Below are positions 38,374-52,237 of a stretch of DNA of 64,000 nt, one piece after another. The stretch spans positions 85,374,001-85,438,000 of the forward strand of contig NC_042999.1 in NCBI RefSeq assembly GCF_006345805.1, written 5' to 3'. Position numbers and translations under genes: made by a program. Position 1 is the first letter of the stretch; the number at the start of each line of letters is the position of its first letter. The stretch comes from Octopus sinensis (taxonomy: Eukaryota). Below the pieces are notes generated by a model. The model saw only the letters and a program-made list of their open reading frames with translations, searched no databases and was not told the DNA's origin.

Positions 38374-40027
38374 CTTTAATATTCAAAAGGAAAAAAATGC
38401 ATTAAATAGCATGAAAACTGGTAAAGCAAATCCAGTTCATAAGGAAATGATATATTATATAAATACTGTTAATATATGAATTAAATGAGAAAGATCAGGA
38501 ACACTTATAGAGAACAACTAAAAGCAAATGTTTCATCATGTAGTTAAGTAACACAGTTATACAATTATAACACAGATGAAGCTGGAAGAGATATGTATGT
38601 GATATACTTGGAAAGAGTAGAAAAATAAAAAGAAAGTAGCAGGGACCTTGAAAATTAGATCAAAAGTGAGGATGTAAAGACCACACTATTAAAAATGTGA
38701 ATTAAAATAAGATTTTGCAGATGTTTTTTAATAGCTTCTTATCTGACTGATATGTGACAATCTATCTTGGATATTGTGACCTTAACTAGTTTCTATATAT
38801 ATAATCTTTCCCAATGCTTACTCTTTATTGAAAAAAAATTATGTCAATCCAGAGTTATAAATTGTCTCTTTCTAGCAAATAGCTAATAGTCCAGATAATA
38901 TTGCATTAGTATTTCCAACCACACTATCTACAAATATAACTGCTCTAAAATATTTATTGGTCCCATCCCAAGAAACAAAACCTCTTTGATTCATCAACTT
39001 ATCACTCAAATGTTTAAACCTGTTCTAAGATACAAACCTCCTGTTTGAAATGAGCTAAATTAAAATCTCCCATCAAAATTTCATGTTAGTTTATGTTCCA
39101 GACACCAACTTAATAATGACAAAGTTATTTTACTAAATTCTTTATTATTTTCAAAATTGAGATAAATGCAATTTCAACAGAAATATGGTAACAGGGATTA
39201 ATATAGTAAACATAAATAACAATATCCAACAACTTGAACACCTCCTCAGTAACTATACCAATTCAATAAAAGCCAACTGTCAATAAACTACTATCTCTAT
39301 ACACACCATTAGAGAATTTTGGATTTTGTCCTATACATGATCAATGTATTGGATTGAGTTTGACATGACACTCTTCAAATTAAACTTACAACTTATGGAC
39401 TTACTTAAACATTTAGAATAATAGTTTCTCTACTTTTATAACATTGAGCAAATTCAATCAAGTCTCTTCCATGAATGTGCTCATCTTTTGATTCCTATAT
39501 CTCCTCTACACCAACTAGTATCACTTCCAATGACCTTATATACCACAGACATCACTTTCAACAACAAAAACTGCCTATATATATCTGTATTTGTCCTCAA
39601 CAAAGATTTCAACAAATTCAGTAAGTCGCATTAAGAAAATGAAAAATATTTAACAACTGAAACCAAAACATTACTGCATTCTGAGAAAAAACTAATACAT
39701 CATCTTTCTTCCCAGAAACAAGCTGCAATTATAAAAATTATCAAATTTTTCACACATTCTTGAATCAATATTTTCAGACTACTTAGTTATAATCACAAAA
39801 AAATTCTTTCTTATCTGGAACTGTTACTAATCTTTTACAAAATCTAACTATGAACAACTATGCCTCATATCAAGATCATTTTGCCTACTTCAAAAAGAAA
39901 AATGAACCCACCAGCAAATTACTGCCTTCACTACAAGTGTCACAGCTTTTCTGAAATTAATTACTGTATTTTACCCAAATGCAACACATTTTTATCACCA
40001 GCATTAAAACTATAGCTGTAAACCATT

Positions 40028-40297
40028 AGTTTCCAAAGTGGGCAGTATTGCCCCACCCCAGGGCAGTGGAAAGTTCCAAGGGGGCGTTGAAGTGGGGCAA
40101 TAAAGGGGTAGCAATTCATATAAATATCGGGGCGATAATGGGGTGGCAATTAATGTAAAAACAACAAAATAATGGTTCTATTTGTGAAATACAATTGCTT
40201 TGAATTTGCTTCAGATGGTTAGTTGAGTTGGGGTGCTAGGAATGTGGCCTTGGTGTCAAGGGGGCAACAGCCCAAAAAAAGTTTGGGAGCTACTGCT
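40028..40297. mobile_element. hAT-type MITE remnant
   Basis: Imperfect termini tagtttccaaagt / gtttgggagctactg with GGGGC subterminal repeats. Confidence 0.5.
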
Positions 40298-40505
40298 GTA
40301 AACCATCAAAATTCAGAAATTTTAACAAATTTGACATTAACAGTACCAACATCACATAATCATCCCATCCTTCTAATACAAGAAGACCCAGATTGGAACT
40401 TTGGTTTTTCTCCATCTTAAACTAAAAAACAAACTTAAGATGTAGTCACAATTTTCACAAATATAAGCAAATTAATTTAATAAATAGAAAGTATAAATAA
40501 CATAC

Positions 40506-40631
40506 ATGACATTAAATGTAATTTCCTGCTGCTTCATATTGATCATAATGTCGCCAATTTGATCATCAACAAACAAACTCATCAAATTAGATAGCAAAAT
40601 AATCTGGCGATGTTTAAGTCCTTTCTTTGTT
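40506..40631 (-). CDS. XRCC5: Ku80 exon 5 (TKKGLKHRQIILLSNLMSLFVDDQIGDIMINMKQQEITFNV)
   Basis: vWA-domain segment; phase 2-2; ttcag acceptor, gtatgt donor. Confidence 0.9.
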
Positions 40632-40696
40632 CTGAAACAAGATAAAAATTGGGAAATATTATTGGATTTAAAAAAATTGCAATAAATTAAACTTAT

Positions 40697-41070
40697 TATT
40701 ACCTCCGCCTTAGCGAAGGCGGAGGTATTGTTTTCAGTTGTGTTTGTTTGTTTGTTTGTCCGTGGACAAGATATCTCAAGGAGCACTGGATGGATTTGGA
40801 TGAAACTTTCAGGGATGTTTGGCCTCATGACTGGCATGAACTGATTAGATTTGGGGATCAATCCAGTACTGGACAAGGATTCTGGATTATTTTTCCTGTT
40901 TTTTTACTTAATTTTTTTGAGAGCGGTCAGGTTCATTTTTAGTATTCTCATTTGTAAGAGCAGACGAGTTTATTTCAGATATTCTCATTTTAAAAATCAT
41001 CTCTGGCTAATCGTTGAGAGGACATTGGTGTTGCCATGGCAGAGGTTTGCACTCTCTGAGTGCTCTTGTT
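40697..41070 (+). mobile_element. Helentron-associated (HINE-like) non-autonomous element
   Basis: 5' acctccgcc..ggcggaggt hairpin, (GTTT)n, 3' ggcagaggt plus gcactc..gagtgc hairpin, TT flanks. Confidence 0.6.
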
Positions 41071-41739
41071 TTTAAACAAAATTTTCATTCAATTGCACAC
41101 AAGAAAAAAATCACGGCACAATCATAAATAAATCTAAAGTGTTAAATAAATAAAGTTAAATGGTTTATCCTAGAACAAACTACAATATCTTTTTAATCTT
41201 TCTATATCCTGTTTCAGTCAGTTGACAGCAGCCATGCTGGGGCACTGCCTTGAAAGGTTTTAGTCAAACAAATCAACCCCAGGACTTTTTTTCAGCCTAG
41301 TACTTATTCTATCGGTCTCTTTTGCAAAACCACAAAGTTACAGGGACATAAACACACCAACAGCAGTTGTCAAGAGGTGGGGGAGGGAGTAAACAGAGAC
41401 ACAAAGACATGCACACACACACACACACACATATATATCAGGTTTCTTTCAGTTTCCATCTACCAAATCCACTCATAAGGCTTTGGTTGGCCCAAGGCTA
41501 TAGTAGAAGACACTTGCCCAAGGCGCCACACAGCGGGACTGAACCTGATTGGGAAGCAAGCTTCTTACCACATAACCATGCCTGTGCCTATCTGTTGTAA
41601 GAAAGAAAATCATAGTCTGATACTATTTTCATTCTTCCAGTGTACATTGTAATTTATTTCAGCTGCATTTTCTGTTCTCAAATATACAAAAAATTTTTAT
41701 GAGAAAACTGAGATAATACTGAAAAAAATTGGTACTTAC

Positions 41740-41788
41740 TCTAAATTTGTCTGAAGATGGTCCATGGCCACAATCAATGCATCAACAA
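41740..41788 (-). CDS. XRCC5: Ku80 exon 4 (FVDALIVAMDHLQTNLE)
   Basis: DALIVxMD motif; 49 nt. Confidence 0.95.
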
Positions 41789-42569
41789 CTAATATCAGTC
41801 AAGGATCATGTAAACTATTAAAAAGTGTAACTTAAATCAAAATTGTTTATAATCATTTGAAGGAATTTTATTGTTTTAAGATTTTAAATAATTTAGTTAT
41901 CCTCAATGTGCAAACTGCACCTGTATATTTATACAAAAGACCATAATTTTAATAATATTAACATTTAATTTGTAGGTTTTGATCCACCCAGGGCTTGTAG
42001 TAAAAGACATCTGCCTAAAGTGCCACACAGAGGGAATGAACCCAAGACTACAATGTTGGAAAGCAAGCTTCAGCAAAACACTTCATCTCATGTTACTCAG
42101 CAATCACTTTGACACCTGACAACGTCAATTTGATGGAGGGGGTGAGCACCATATGGGCAGGTTGTTCAACAAAAAGTGAACACTCATACACAAACATTTC
42201 GGCTATTTTCGTTATGCTAGCACCTGCCATTCGAGCACCAACAATAGATCTGTCATTTTAATGACTTTTGATTATCTTTTTCTGATGATATCTGAAAAGT
42301 AACAGCAATTTTAGCATAACATATTAAGCAACACTAATAATAAATCAAAAAACATAAAAATAAACAAGCTTTTGATGGTTTTATAGATATTCCAAAATTA
42401 TGATGCTATGTGTTTCCACTATTTTGTTCAACCCCTGTATATACAGACATGCCTACCCACATATGATGATCTACACCCATGCACACACAAATATACATTA
42501 TATATACAAACATACATATACACACACACACATATATATACACACAAACATACATACACATATACACAC

Positions 42570-44782
42570 ATCATCATCATTTAACGTCTGTTGTCCATAC
42601 TGGCATCATCATCATTTAACATCCGCTTTCCATGCTAGCATGGGTTGGACGATTTTGACTGAGGGCTAGCAAACCAGATGGCTGCACCAGGCTCCAATCT
42701 TGATCTGGCAGAGTTTCTACAGCTGGATGCCCTTCCTAACGCCAACCACTCCAAGAGTGTAGTGGGTGCTGTTTATGTGCCACCGGCACGGGAGCCAGTC
42801 AGGCAGTACTGACAATGACCTCGCTCGAATCTTTTTACACATGCCACCGGCACAGGTGCCAGTAAGGCGACGTTGGTAACGATCACGCTCAAGTGGTGCC
42901 CTTTTTTTTCCTACTGCACGGGTGCCTGTCAGGCGGTACTGGCAATGACCTCGCTCAAATCTTTTTACACATGTCACTGGCACAAGTGCCAGTAAGGCAG
43001 TGTTGGACAATTTGACCAGGGCTAGCAAGCTGCACCAGACTCCAATCTGATTTGGCAAGGTTTCTACAACTGGATGCCCTTCCTAATATCAACCACTCTA
43101 AGTGTAATGGGTACTTTTACATGCCACCAGCATGGGTGCCATTTGTGTGACACCAGTATCTGCCATGACTGCGATTTTACTTGGCTTGATGGGTCTTCTT
43201 CTCAGGCACAACATAACGCTAAAGGTCTCCGTCATCATTGCCGCCATAAAGCCTGACACTCAAAAGGAGCCTTTGACATTGACATGCCACCAGCATCAGC
43301 CACTTTGCATTGTGGGGCTCAACACTTGAAAGGTGCTTTTCATGCCACTGGCACGGGTACCAGTTACATGAGACCAGTATCAGCCATGACTATGATTTCA
43401 CTTGGCTTGACGTGCCTTCTCAAGCACAGCATATGGCCAAAGGTCTTGGTTACTAGTCATTGCCTCTGTGAAGCTCAAAGTTTGAAGATCATGCTTCACC
43501 ACCTTGTCCCATGTCTTCCTGGGTTTACCTCTACCACAGGTTCCCTCCACAGTTAGAAATCAGCACTTTACACAGCTGTCCTTGTCCATACACATCACCA
43601 TACCAAAGTAGTTGTCTCCCTTGCACACCACATCTGATGCTTCAACTTTTCTCTCAAGCTGCTTACACTCTGTCAAACATGCACACTGACATTGCACATC
43701 CAGTGAAGCATACTGGTTTCATTTCTTTCAAGCCTAAGCATGTCCTCAGCTGTCACAGCCCATGTTTCACTGCTGTGTAGCATAGCTGTTCACACACAAG
43801 CATCATAGAATCTACCTTTCACTCTGAAGGAATGGCCCTTTGTTGCTAGCAGAGGTAAGAGCTCTCTGAACTTTGCCCAGCCTATTCTTGTTCTCGCAGT
43901 TGCATTCTCAGAGCATCCACCTCCAATGCTAACTTGATCACCTAGATAACAGAAGCTATCTACTATCTCTAGCTTACCTCCTCTGGCAGTTGGAGTCTAT
44001 TTTCAATACATTTTTGGTGTTTATTACACCTGTGCATCTTCCACAAACAAAAACTATTTTCCCTGTTAACCTTCCTCTAATATTGCTGCACCTCTTATAT
44101 ATCCATAACTTACACTGGGTACATCTTAAGGAATTTCTGCCTACATCTTTTCTACAGATCGAGCAGGGCCATCTACCTGAAGGATTTTTGAATTGTCTGC
44201 CTTCCTACTTACTGAGACTTTGCTTTTTGTTAGGTTAACTCTAAGCCCTTCAATTCTAAACCTTGCTTCCATTCCTGAAACTTCTCTATTTCTGGTAGTG
44301 GTTGAGCTATATAAACAAGGCCATCAGCATAGAGGAGCTCCCAGGGGCAGCTTGTCTTAAATTCCTCTGTTATTGCTTGGAGGACTATGATGAACAAGAG
44401 GGAACTGAGGACTGAACCTCGGTGAACCCTTACTTGTATCCTGAATTCTTCACTGTACTCATTACCAACCCTCACTTTACAGGTAGCATCCCTGCACATG
44501 ACTTGTACAGCTCTCACCAACCACTTGTCTAACACTAATTCCTGCATTGACCACCAGACAAGGGATTGGGGGACCCTGTGAATGGCTTTCTCCAAGTCAA
44601 CAAAAGCCCAAGTACAGAGGTTTATCTTTGGCTATGTATTTCTCCTGCAGCTGTCTTACCAGAAATATAGCATTGGTGGTGCTTCTCCCTGGCACAAAAC
44701 CAAACTGCATCTCATCTAGACTGACTCTCTCCCTAATTAGTTGAGCTATGACCCTCTCTGCAACTTTCATCACCTGATCCAA
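42570..44782 (-). mobile_element. 5'-truncated RTE-like LINE (RT domain to 3' UTR), decayed
   Basis: QFGFVPGRSTTNAIFLVRQLQEKY...; VHRGSVLSSLLF...LLYADGL; 3' UTR tandem units and (GAT)n tail. Confidence 0.88.
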
Positions 44783-44804
44783 AATATATATGTGTATTTA
44801 TAAA

Positions 44805-45146
44805 GAGTAAGGACCCCCTTCAGTCATGAGTGACCATGGGATTGCACCTAGAAAGTTCCCTTCCGAGGCACAAGTATAGGCAAAGTTGTTTAAGGAAGAC
44901 CAGCAGTCACTCATGCATACCAACCTCCCCTCTCCACACCACCGGTGTTACCCAAGGAAAAGGCAAAGGCCAATACAGCTTGGCACCAGTGATGTCACAA
45001 CTCATTTCTACAGCTGAGTGAACTGGAGCAATGTGAAATAAAGTGTCTTGCTCAAGAACATAACAGACAGCCTGGTCCAGGAATCGAACTCACTACCTCA
45101 TGATTATAAGCCCAACGCTCTAACCTCTGAGCCATGTGCCTTCACA
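44805..45146 (-). mobile_element. tRNA-derived SINE
   Basis: Minus-strand head gtgaaggcacatggctcagaggttagagcg...gagttcgattcctgg. Confidence 0.75.
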
Positions 45147-45256
45147 TATTTATATAAATGTATTTATATATCTTAGCTAAATAGGTATGCACAAGAAAAT
45201 TTATTATGAAATGATTTCTCTTCTAAAAGAATATTAATATGAAATACAAAGGATAC

Positions 45257-45440
45257 AGTCTGCTTCAGTTGTATCTGTAGGATGGAATTTAACTAGCCAC
45301 TCCAAGAGATCAAAATCAGGAACAGATAGAAATCTCTCAACACATATATTTTGGTAGTTATCTTCATGAGCCAAAGGGTTAGAAGTATTAGATGTTCCAA
45401 GCAAAATAACAGCTATTTCATCTTTACTCTCAGAAAATAC
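45257..45440 (-). CDS. XRCC5: Ku80 exon 3 (VFSESKDEIAVILLGTSNTSNPL...TEAD)
   Basis: KDEIAxxLxGT..NPL motif of the Ku vWA domain; 184 nt. Confidence 0.96.
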
Positions 45441-47230
45441 CTATAACATATACAAGATTTACTCAGCAAATTCATGAAAAACATAAGATACAACACCAAA
45501 CAAAATACTGATATTTGTGTTTTTATACAGAAACCACATTACAAAAGATTTTAATATTTATGAGCTGGCAAAATCATTAGCATGCCAGGTAAAATGCTTG
45601 ATGGTATTTTGCTGTATTTATGTTCTAAGTTCAAATTCCTCTGAAGTCAACTTTGCTTATCATCTCTTCAAGGTTAATAAATTAAATACCAGTTGAGTAC
45701 TGGGGTCAATTTAATCAACTTACCCCCATCCGGCTTGGGCCAAAATTTGAAACCAATATCTATGAGGTTGGGATAATTCTATTAAACATGTGTTGTGCAA
45801 AATAATAACAATTTGAACCCAGATAAACTCATTATTTACATTCGACGGATATTTGTCCTCATCTTATTTGTTGTTAACACAACGTTTTGGCTGATATACC
45901 CGCCAGATATAATAGGTGATAAAGTACCTAAGTATTGATTTGAGATCAAAATCATCATCATCATCATCATCGTTTAACGTCCGTTCTCCATGCTAGCATG
46001 GGTTGGACGGTTCGACCGGGGATCTGAGAAGCCAGAAGGCTGCACCAGGCTCCAGTCTTATCTGGCAGTGTTTCTACAGCTGGATGCCCTTCCTAACGCC
46101 AAACTATATAATGATAACCATTTCTTAAAATTCTATGAATCAAAAACAATTATTATAATAGTGCCTGCCAAGCCGTTATATGACTCATTATATATTTATA
46201 TCTATAATAATAATAAGTGGGAAATTCTATCTGAATGAGACTCCTGTATCAGTCTGCATTTGCTCTACATAGACATATTATAGCTTTTTAGAATCAGGAT
46301 GATCCCAGGATTGAAAATCTGCCCTTCATTTGGTTCTTGAACATCCAGCATGGGGATCTGATTTGAATGCATCTGGGTTGCTATTTCTAGCAAGTAAAGC
46401 TTGGCTGGTTCACACCATCTTACTTAGCATTTGTCAGATGATATCAGAGATCAAAGGGGAGATCAATGACATTTGCTTCATTAATTTTACGTTGAGATAA
46501 GAACTCTGGGACAAATTAGCTAACAGTTGAAATTTAAATTGGAACTGGAAGAATAGAATAATTGCATTACAGAATTAATTCTCATCCATCTTTTACCTCT
46601 GATCAAACACCATCAGACATATAATCATTATAAACATAATATAATTATGCTATTTAACACACTAGTTTTGGACCACAGGCCCAATTAGCCCACCACAGGA
46701 GCTAGCTTAAAACTCTACACAGAATGCAGCTTTCGAGCTAGTACTTAATAAGTTTGCATTTTGTTAATATTGAAAATATCAAGATAGGCATTTAGATTGA
46801 ATGCAGAATTTTAACAACCATTTTTACATTGCTTATGGGTTTAAGGTGCTAAATCATTAATCATACTATTGTGATATATTTTATTCCCTGAATAAAGCAT
46901 CTAACTCTGCAGGGCCCAAAATATTAGCTTTTCCCATTCAACACTTAAACCAAACTTCTTTACATTTAACAAACAGTCCCTGGATTTGTTCTAATCAACC
47001 TGGCTGAACAAACACCTTAGGAACAGCTTTCAAATATAAAAGCAATTGCTCTAATAAATACACCATCCTACTTATGCAATTTTTTTTTTTTAATTAAATT
47101 ATTTCAGTAAAATCATAAGCATTTATAAATGTTTTATCTGTAACTCATTATTAAAATTTTATCGTGTTTTAAATATCAAAATAAATGCTAAAAGTAATTA
47201 ATATAAGAAATATAAAAAATAGTAACATAC

Positions 47231-47344
47231 TTTACGATAAACAATTTGCTTGATGATCTGCAAAGCTTGGCTCAGATATGAATCTTGAGCTAAGTCTTTA
47301 CCGCACATAGATGGACTAACATCCAAAACAATAATAATGGCCGT
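47231..47344 (-). CDS. XRCC5: Ku80 exon 2 (TAIIIVLDVSPSM...KQIVYRK)
   Basis: vWA first strand LDVSPSM; 114 nt, phase 0-0. Confidence 0.95.
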
Positions 47345-49035
47345 CTGCAATAAAAGTGTATGAAATTGTACAACATGTAACCAAACATAAAAATATACCA
47401 ATTATAGTGTAATACACACAGCAAACAATGGAGTCTCCACAATAACAATTTTCAATCCATGGCACACTCTGCAAGTCATTAAAACTGTAATGTTACACCA
47501 GCCTTTTAAATATTTTATTATATGCAGGTACCAGAATTAAAATTGTTTGAAAAGATAAATGAAGAACATACATTGCACTTTGCCTTGAAAGAACAAACAT
47601 GCAATATATCATCATGATCATTTGATAGGTTTTCCATGCTGGCATGAGTTAGATGATGAACAAGAGGGTTGCATCATGCGTCATGTTAGCTTTGGCATGG
47701 TTTCCAATGTTGGATGCCCTTCCTAATGCCAATCACTTTACAGTGTGTACTAATGGGGTTGCTAAGTAACTTACAAGACAGGAAAAAAGAGGAAAAGGGA
47801 AATAGGAGAAAGAGAAAAGCCTAAGTGGGGGAGTATTTGAAAGGGTAGAGAAGAGATTTTAGGGCAAGGGACAAGAAGTGGGGTCTTTCTATGGAGAAGA
47901 TACCCTGCATTTATATAAGGATGGGAGGGAGTATCTGACAGAAAGGTAAGATGGGAGCAATAGGTTGCCAGAACAAAACCCTCAGAAAGCAAGAAATTAT
48001 ACAAGCAGCGGTATTTCGTCTGTCTTTATGTTCTGAGTTCAAATTCCACCGAGGTTAACTTTGCCTTTCATCCTTTCAGGGTCGATAAATTAAGTACCAG
48101 TTCCGTGCTGGGGGTCGATCTAATCAACAGGCTCCCTCCCCCAAAATTTTGGACCTTGTGCCCAGAGTAGAAAAGAATATCTTAACGTTTCCAGCTTGCC
48201 TTAATCCTTTAGCATTTAAACCAGCCATATCCAGCCTAAATATTCTACCTGTTTTATGTTCAAACCAACCAGATCCTCCTTCTCACACCCACCCTACAAC
48301 CTTATTCTAAAAATAAACAATCACGTCATTGAAATTACAAAGCTATGTGATAAGACATGATAATTTGAAAGCAGTAATGAATAAGGTTTACATTTGACTG
48401 AATAATATGAACACTAAAGGGTTAAAAACTGGCAATACACGTATGAACCATATGTGGCACACAAGTACACTATGGCACAAGTAGTAAACAATTCCCCTAG
48501 CTTGCCAAGAGACCTGCTAGAAGAAGCAGCCAATAAACTACTACTGATTGTATATATATATATATCATCGTTTTTAACATCCATTTTTCCATGCTTGCAT
48601 AGGTCAGAGAGAATTTGTTGAGATGGATTCTCTACAGCCACATACCCTTCCTGTTGCCAATCCTCTCCTGTCTCCAAGGATGGAAATATTACCTCTTGAC
48701 TAGATACGCTTTCATGAGAGACTGGAAACAAAGAATACTGCTTGCATGAAAGTGATTCTCATTTGAAACTATCATGTAGTGTCCAGACAAGAAGGCTAAC
48801 ACAAACACACATACATGCATGCATACATACATACTTACATACATACATCATCTTTTACTTGTTTCAGTCATGGGACTGCAGCCATACTGGGGCACTGCCT
48901 GGAAGAGTTTAGTTGAACAAATCAACTCCAGTACTTTTTTTTTTTATTCTATCAGCCTCTTTTGCCAAACCACTCAGTTACAGGGATATAAACAAACCAA
49001 TACCAGTACAAACACACATACACACACACACACAC

Positions 49036-49074
<39 letters not shown>

Positions 49075-49800
49075 AACAATAGGCTTCATTCAGTTTCTGC
49101 CTACCACAAGACTTTGGCCAGCCAAAGACTATAGCAGAAGAAACTTGGCCGAGGTGCCACAGAGGAACTGAATCCAGAACCATGTGGTTGAGAAGAAAAG
49201 TTCTTATCACACAGCCATACCTGCAATATATTGTCATGTGGTCAAGAGGTTTTCCTCCCAGCCATGTGGTTTCAACTTCAGTCCAACTGTGCAGCAATTG
49301 GGCAAATGTCTTCTACTATAGTTCCAGGCTGACCAAAGCCTTGATTTGGTAAGCAGAAAGCGAAAAAAAAAGTCCATCATATATGTTAGCACATGTGTTA
49401 ATGCATGCAGTATCATTTTGATATTGCATGACAATTATAAACAAGCACTTCCACCTTTCAGTGTCCAGTGTTCCCAATCTTCGATGAAAATATGTCAGAC
49501 ATAGCAGGAAAACTTATTATGCTTGGAAACAGATGAGGGTTGGCAACAGGTAGGACATTTGGGTGTAGAAAATTTGACTCAACAAATTCTGTCTAATCTA
49601 TGGAAAACTGGATGTTAAAGTAATGAGGATTATAATATACAGGAATCACTTGCTTTACGGAAGTAATACATTCCTGAAAATCTGACGATTATGCAAAATT
49701 TATTTTCCAATTAGGGCAGGATGCCCATTGTTGGAACGCCTTTGATTCTAGATTTGCATGTTCATGGCTGACTTGGGGGCTAAACAATAATATATTTGCC

Positions 49801-50377
49801 GGATCTTTTCGGTTTCAACGGCAGTTTTTAACATAATTTCTAGGTAATTAAAAAATTTTAAAGTTCGTATATTGGTAGAATGTGTTTATAAGACATCTTT
49901 TTCTCTTGGCTTTATTGAGAAAATTCTATGGTTTGTAAGATATTTGTTGTTTTTTCTTCAATTTCAACCAATCAATGACGTGTATTGAGGTAAAAAAAAA
50001 ATTCTGTGCCGTATAAATAAGTCCCTCGTTTAAGAAACAGATTGGGTTTATTTACATTTGTGAAGAAAAAACAAGGCGATGCTTCGGTATAGATACACAC
50101 GTGATTTTGTTTACATTTCTGAAGATAACAGAAACCCTTTTCTCCCACCCCTATCCCCCCATATATAAAAAAAAACACTTTCTTGAAATGTATCCGGTAC
50201 TTACACCGGTACACATACCGAAGTTACGCCAAAAAAAAGATACCCTTCCCCCCACCCCTAACCAACCGTAACCCTAAAACAGATTGAAATGCAATAGATC
50301 GATACTAGGGTCATAATTATGGGTGACAATTTCATATGACACCGCTAGAAAAACTGCCGTTCAAACCGAAAAGATCC
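49801..50377. mobile_element. MITE with ~29-bp TIRs, possible 3-bp GCC target duplication
   Basis: ggatcttttcggtttcaacggcagttttt / aaaaactgccgttcaaaccgaaaagatcc. Confidence 0.85.
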
Positions 50378-50689
50378 GCCAACTTTCCCAATTCTTTTTT
50401 TTTTTTCTTCCTCTTTTCCTTCCATCCTTTTTTTTTTCTTTCTTTCTTCGCTCATGTTTGTGTTTTCTTCGGTTTTGGATTTGTAAAGTCTCATTGTTAG
50501 TACAATAAAAGATAATAAAGAATCACAACCTATTTAATAAAGGGTACACTGGACAATATAGTCCCTGACATAAAAGAAAAAAACTTGACGGGACGGTTAG
50601 AACACCTTTGATCACAGATAAATGTAAATTTAAACTCTTTATTAAAAAAAAAAAAAAAAAACTTGATTCTGTGGAATATAATCTGTACG

Positions 50690-50900
50690 GTCAGAGCGCG
50701 AAATCGACAATACGGAGTGAGAGAAAGAATTATTTAAAGGGGAGAGAAACGCTTGCCTATGTCATACATAGAGTCGGAAATTATCTAGCGCGCCAAAAAC
50801 CGTAATTTCTTCGAATCTTTACGTAGATTACGAATTAATAAAAAAAAAATAGCGAGGAGAGGAATTTTTGTCTCCCGCGCCGTACGCTTTGGCGCTTAAA
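50690..50900. promoter_or_regulatory. CpG-rich patch with three E2F-consensus (TTTSSCGC) sites in Ku80 intron 1
   Basis: GCGCGAAA 50696-50703, GCGCCAAA 50790-50797, TTTGGCGC 50888-50895. Confidence 0.5.
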
Positions 50901-51117
50901 ATTCTTTTTTTCTGGTTTTATGTTCTAAACATCTAAGATTACGAGGTAAATTACCAGATTACGATTCTTCAAAATTATACAGGCATTTCCAACAAACAAC
51001 TCTCTTTTAACTACTTAAAACATACAGATCCGAAGAAATCACGATTTTTGGCACACTAGGTAATTTCTGGCCCTACTCTAAAGGAATGCCCAAAAGAAGT
51101 ACTTAGGATAATGGGTG

Positions 51118-51543
51118 GAATTCCAGTTTAAACACCCCATATAACTCCGTATAGCTTCTTTTTTTTTTTTTATTTTAAGAAATTTTCAGAAAACGTTAAT
51201 GAATTTGTGTTCTACAGACAGGAATTCATACGACTGTACAAAAACAAAACAAAGTTTAGCTGTTATTTTTAGCACATCTCACAACCATCTGATACCGTCC
51301 TCGTTTCTTTGTCACTCTGACATGTACTGATGTTTTTCACTATTTTCTCCCCATAAACACATTTAATGGTCTGATGCTGGGATTTAAGCAAAAACATTCC
51401 GATTGTCCGAAAATTAAAAAACAAAATTTTTTTTCATAATCGTATGAATTCTCGTGTGAAGGACACTTATTTCCACTTTTCTGAAAATTCCCTAGAATAA
51501 AAAAGTTATGAGAGCTTATATCGGATGCTTAAAGCAGAATTCC
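51118..51543. mobile_element. Foldback/MITE with diverged ~125-bp inverted arms
   Basis: aattttcagaaaa..gaattcatacga vs tcgtatgaattc..ttttctgaaaatt. Confidence 0.6.
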
Positions 51544-52222
51544 AGTGTAACAACATTTATATTTTTTCTTCAAAATTATTATTTACTCTTTTGGAACTAA
51601 AATTAAAACACTAACAACTGATCCACTTTGGTCATAAATAATAACAAACAATTGGTACAAACGTAGATTTGAAAGGATGAATTAATATTACAAGTGGTAA
51701 TTTATCGTTATAATAAGAGAGAGATGTGGTTACATAGCAATAACAGTAGGGCAAAGAGTTGAAAGTTTCCGTGTTCCTAGGGGTTGAAAAGGGTTAAACA
51801 ACAACACAGCTAGCATAAAAAATACTTTCATGGCACTAAGAAAAAAAGTATCACCAAACAAACTTTCATGAAGCAAATATAAAAACTAGAATTCGAACTG
51901 ATATATTCAGAAACAAATTAGTACTGATTAATTTAAGTACTTTTTGCTTCATATACACACTTACGCGAAACTATATTTAGCTTATAAAATTATAAGTCAT
52001 TCAATCTCAATATTTAGTTTCAAATGGTTTTGTATTGAATGAAAGAAGAGACTGTCTTTAAAAAAATTCCATTTACTCGTTAAAAACTACTTTCTTTAAG
52101 CCAGGTTTCCTAAAATAGAAGAATATATTCTTTACTTCGCACATAGTTGCTAATTTTTAAGCATGGGAACCTGCACCGGAATAAAATCACAATTTATAAG
52201 ATTGTACTTATTTAATACATAC

Positions 52223-52237
52223 CTTGTTGTACGCCAT
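52223..52237 (-). CDS. XRCC5: Ku80 first coding exon (MAYNK)
   Basis: ATG GCG TAC AAC AAG|gtatgt; in frame with exon 2; mirrors the short ...NK| first exon of animal Ku80. Confidence 0.8.

Larger units (their letters stand above)
41789..45256 (-). other. XRCC5: U12-type (minor spliceosome) GT-AG intron 3 of Ku80
   Basis: 5' splice site GTATCCTTT (from 45256); branch site TCCTTGAC (41805-41798) 9 nt from the 3' end; no polypyrimidine tract. Confidence 0.92.
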
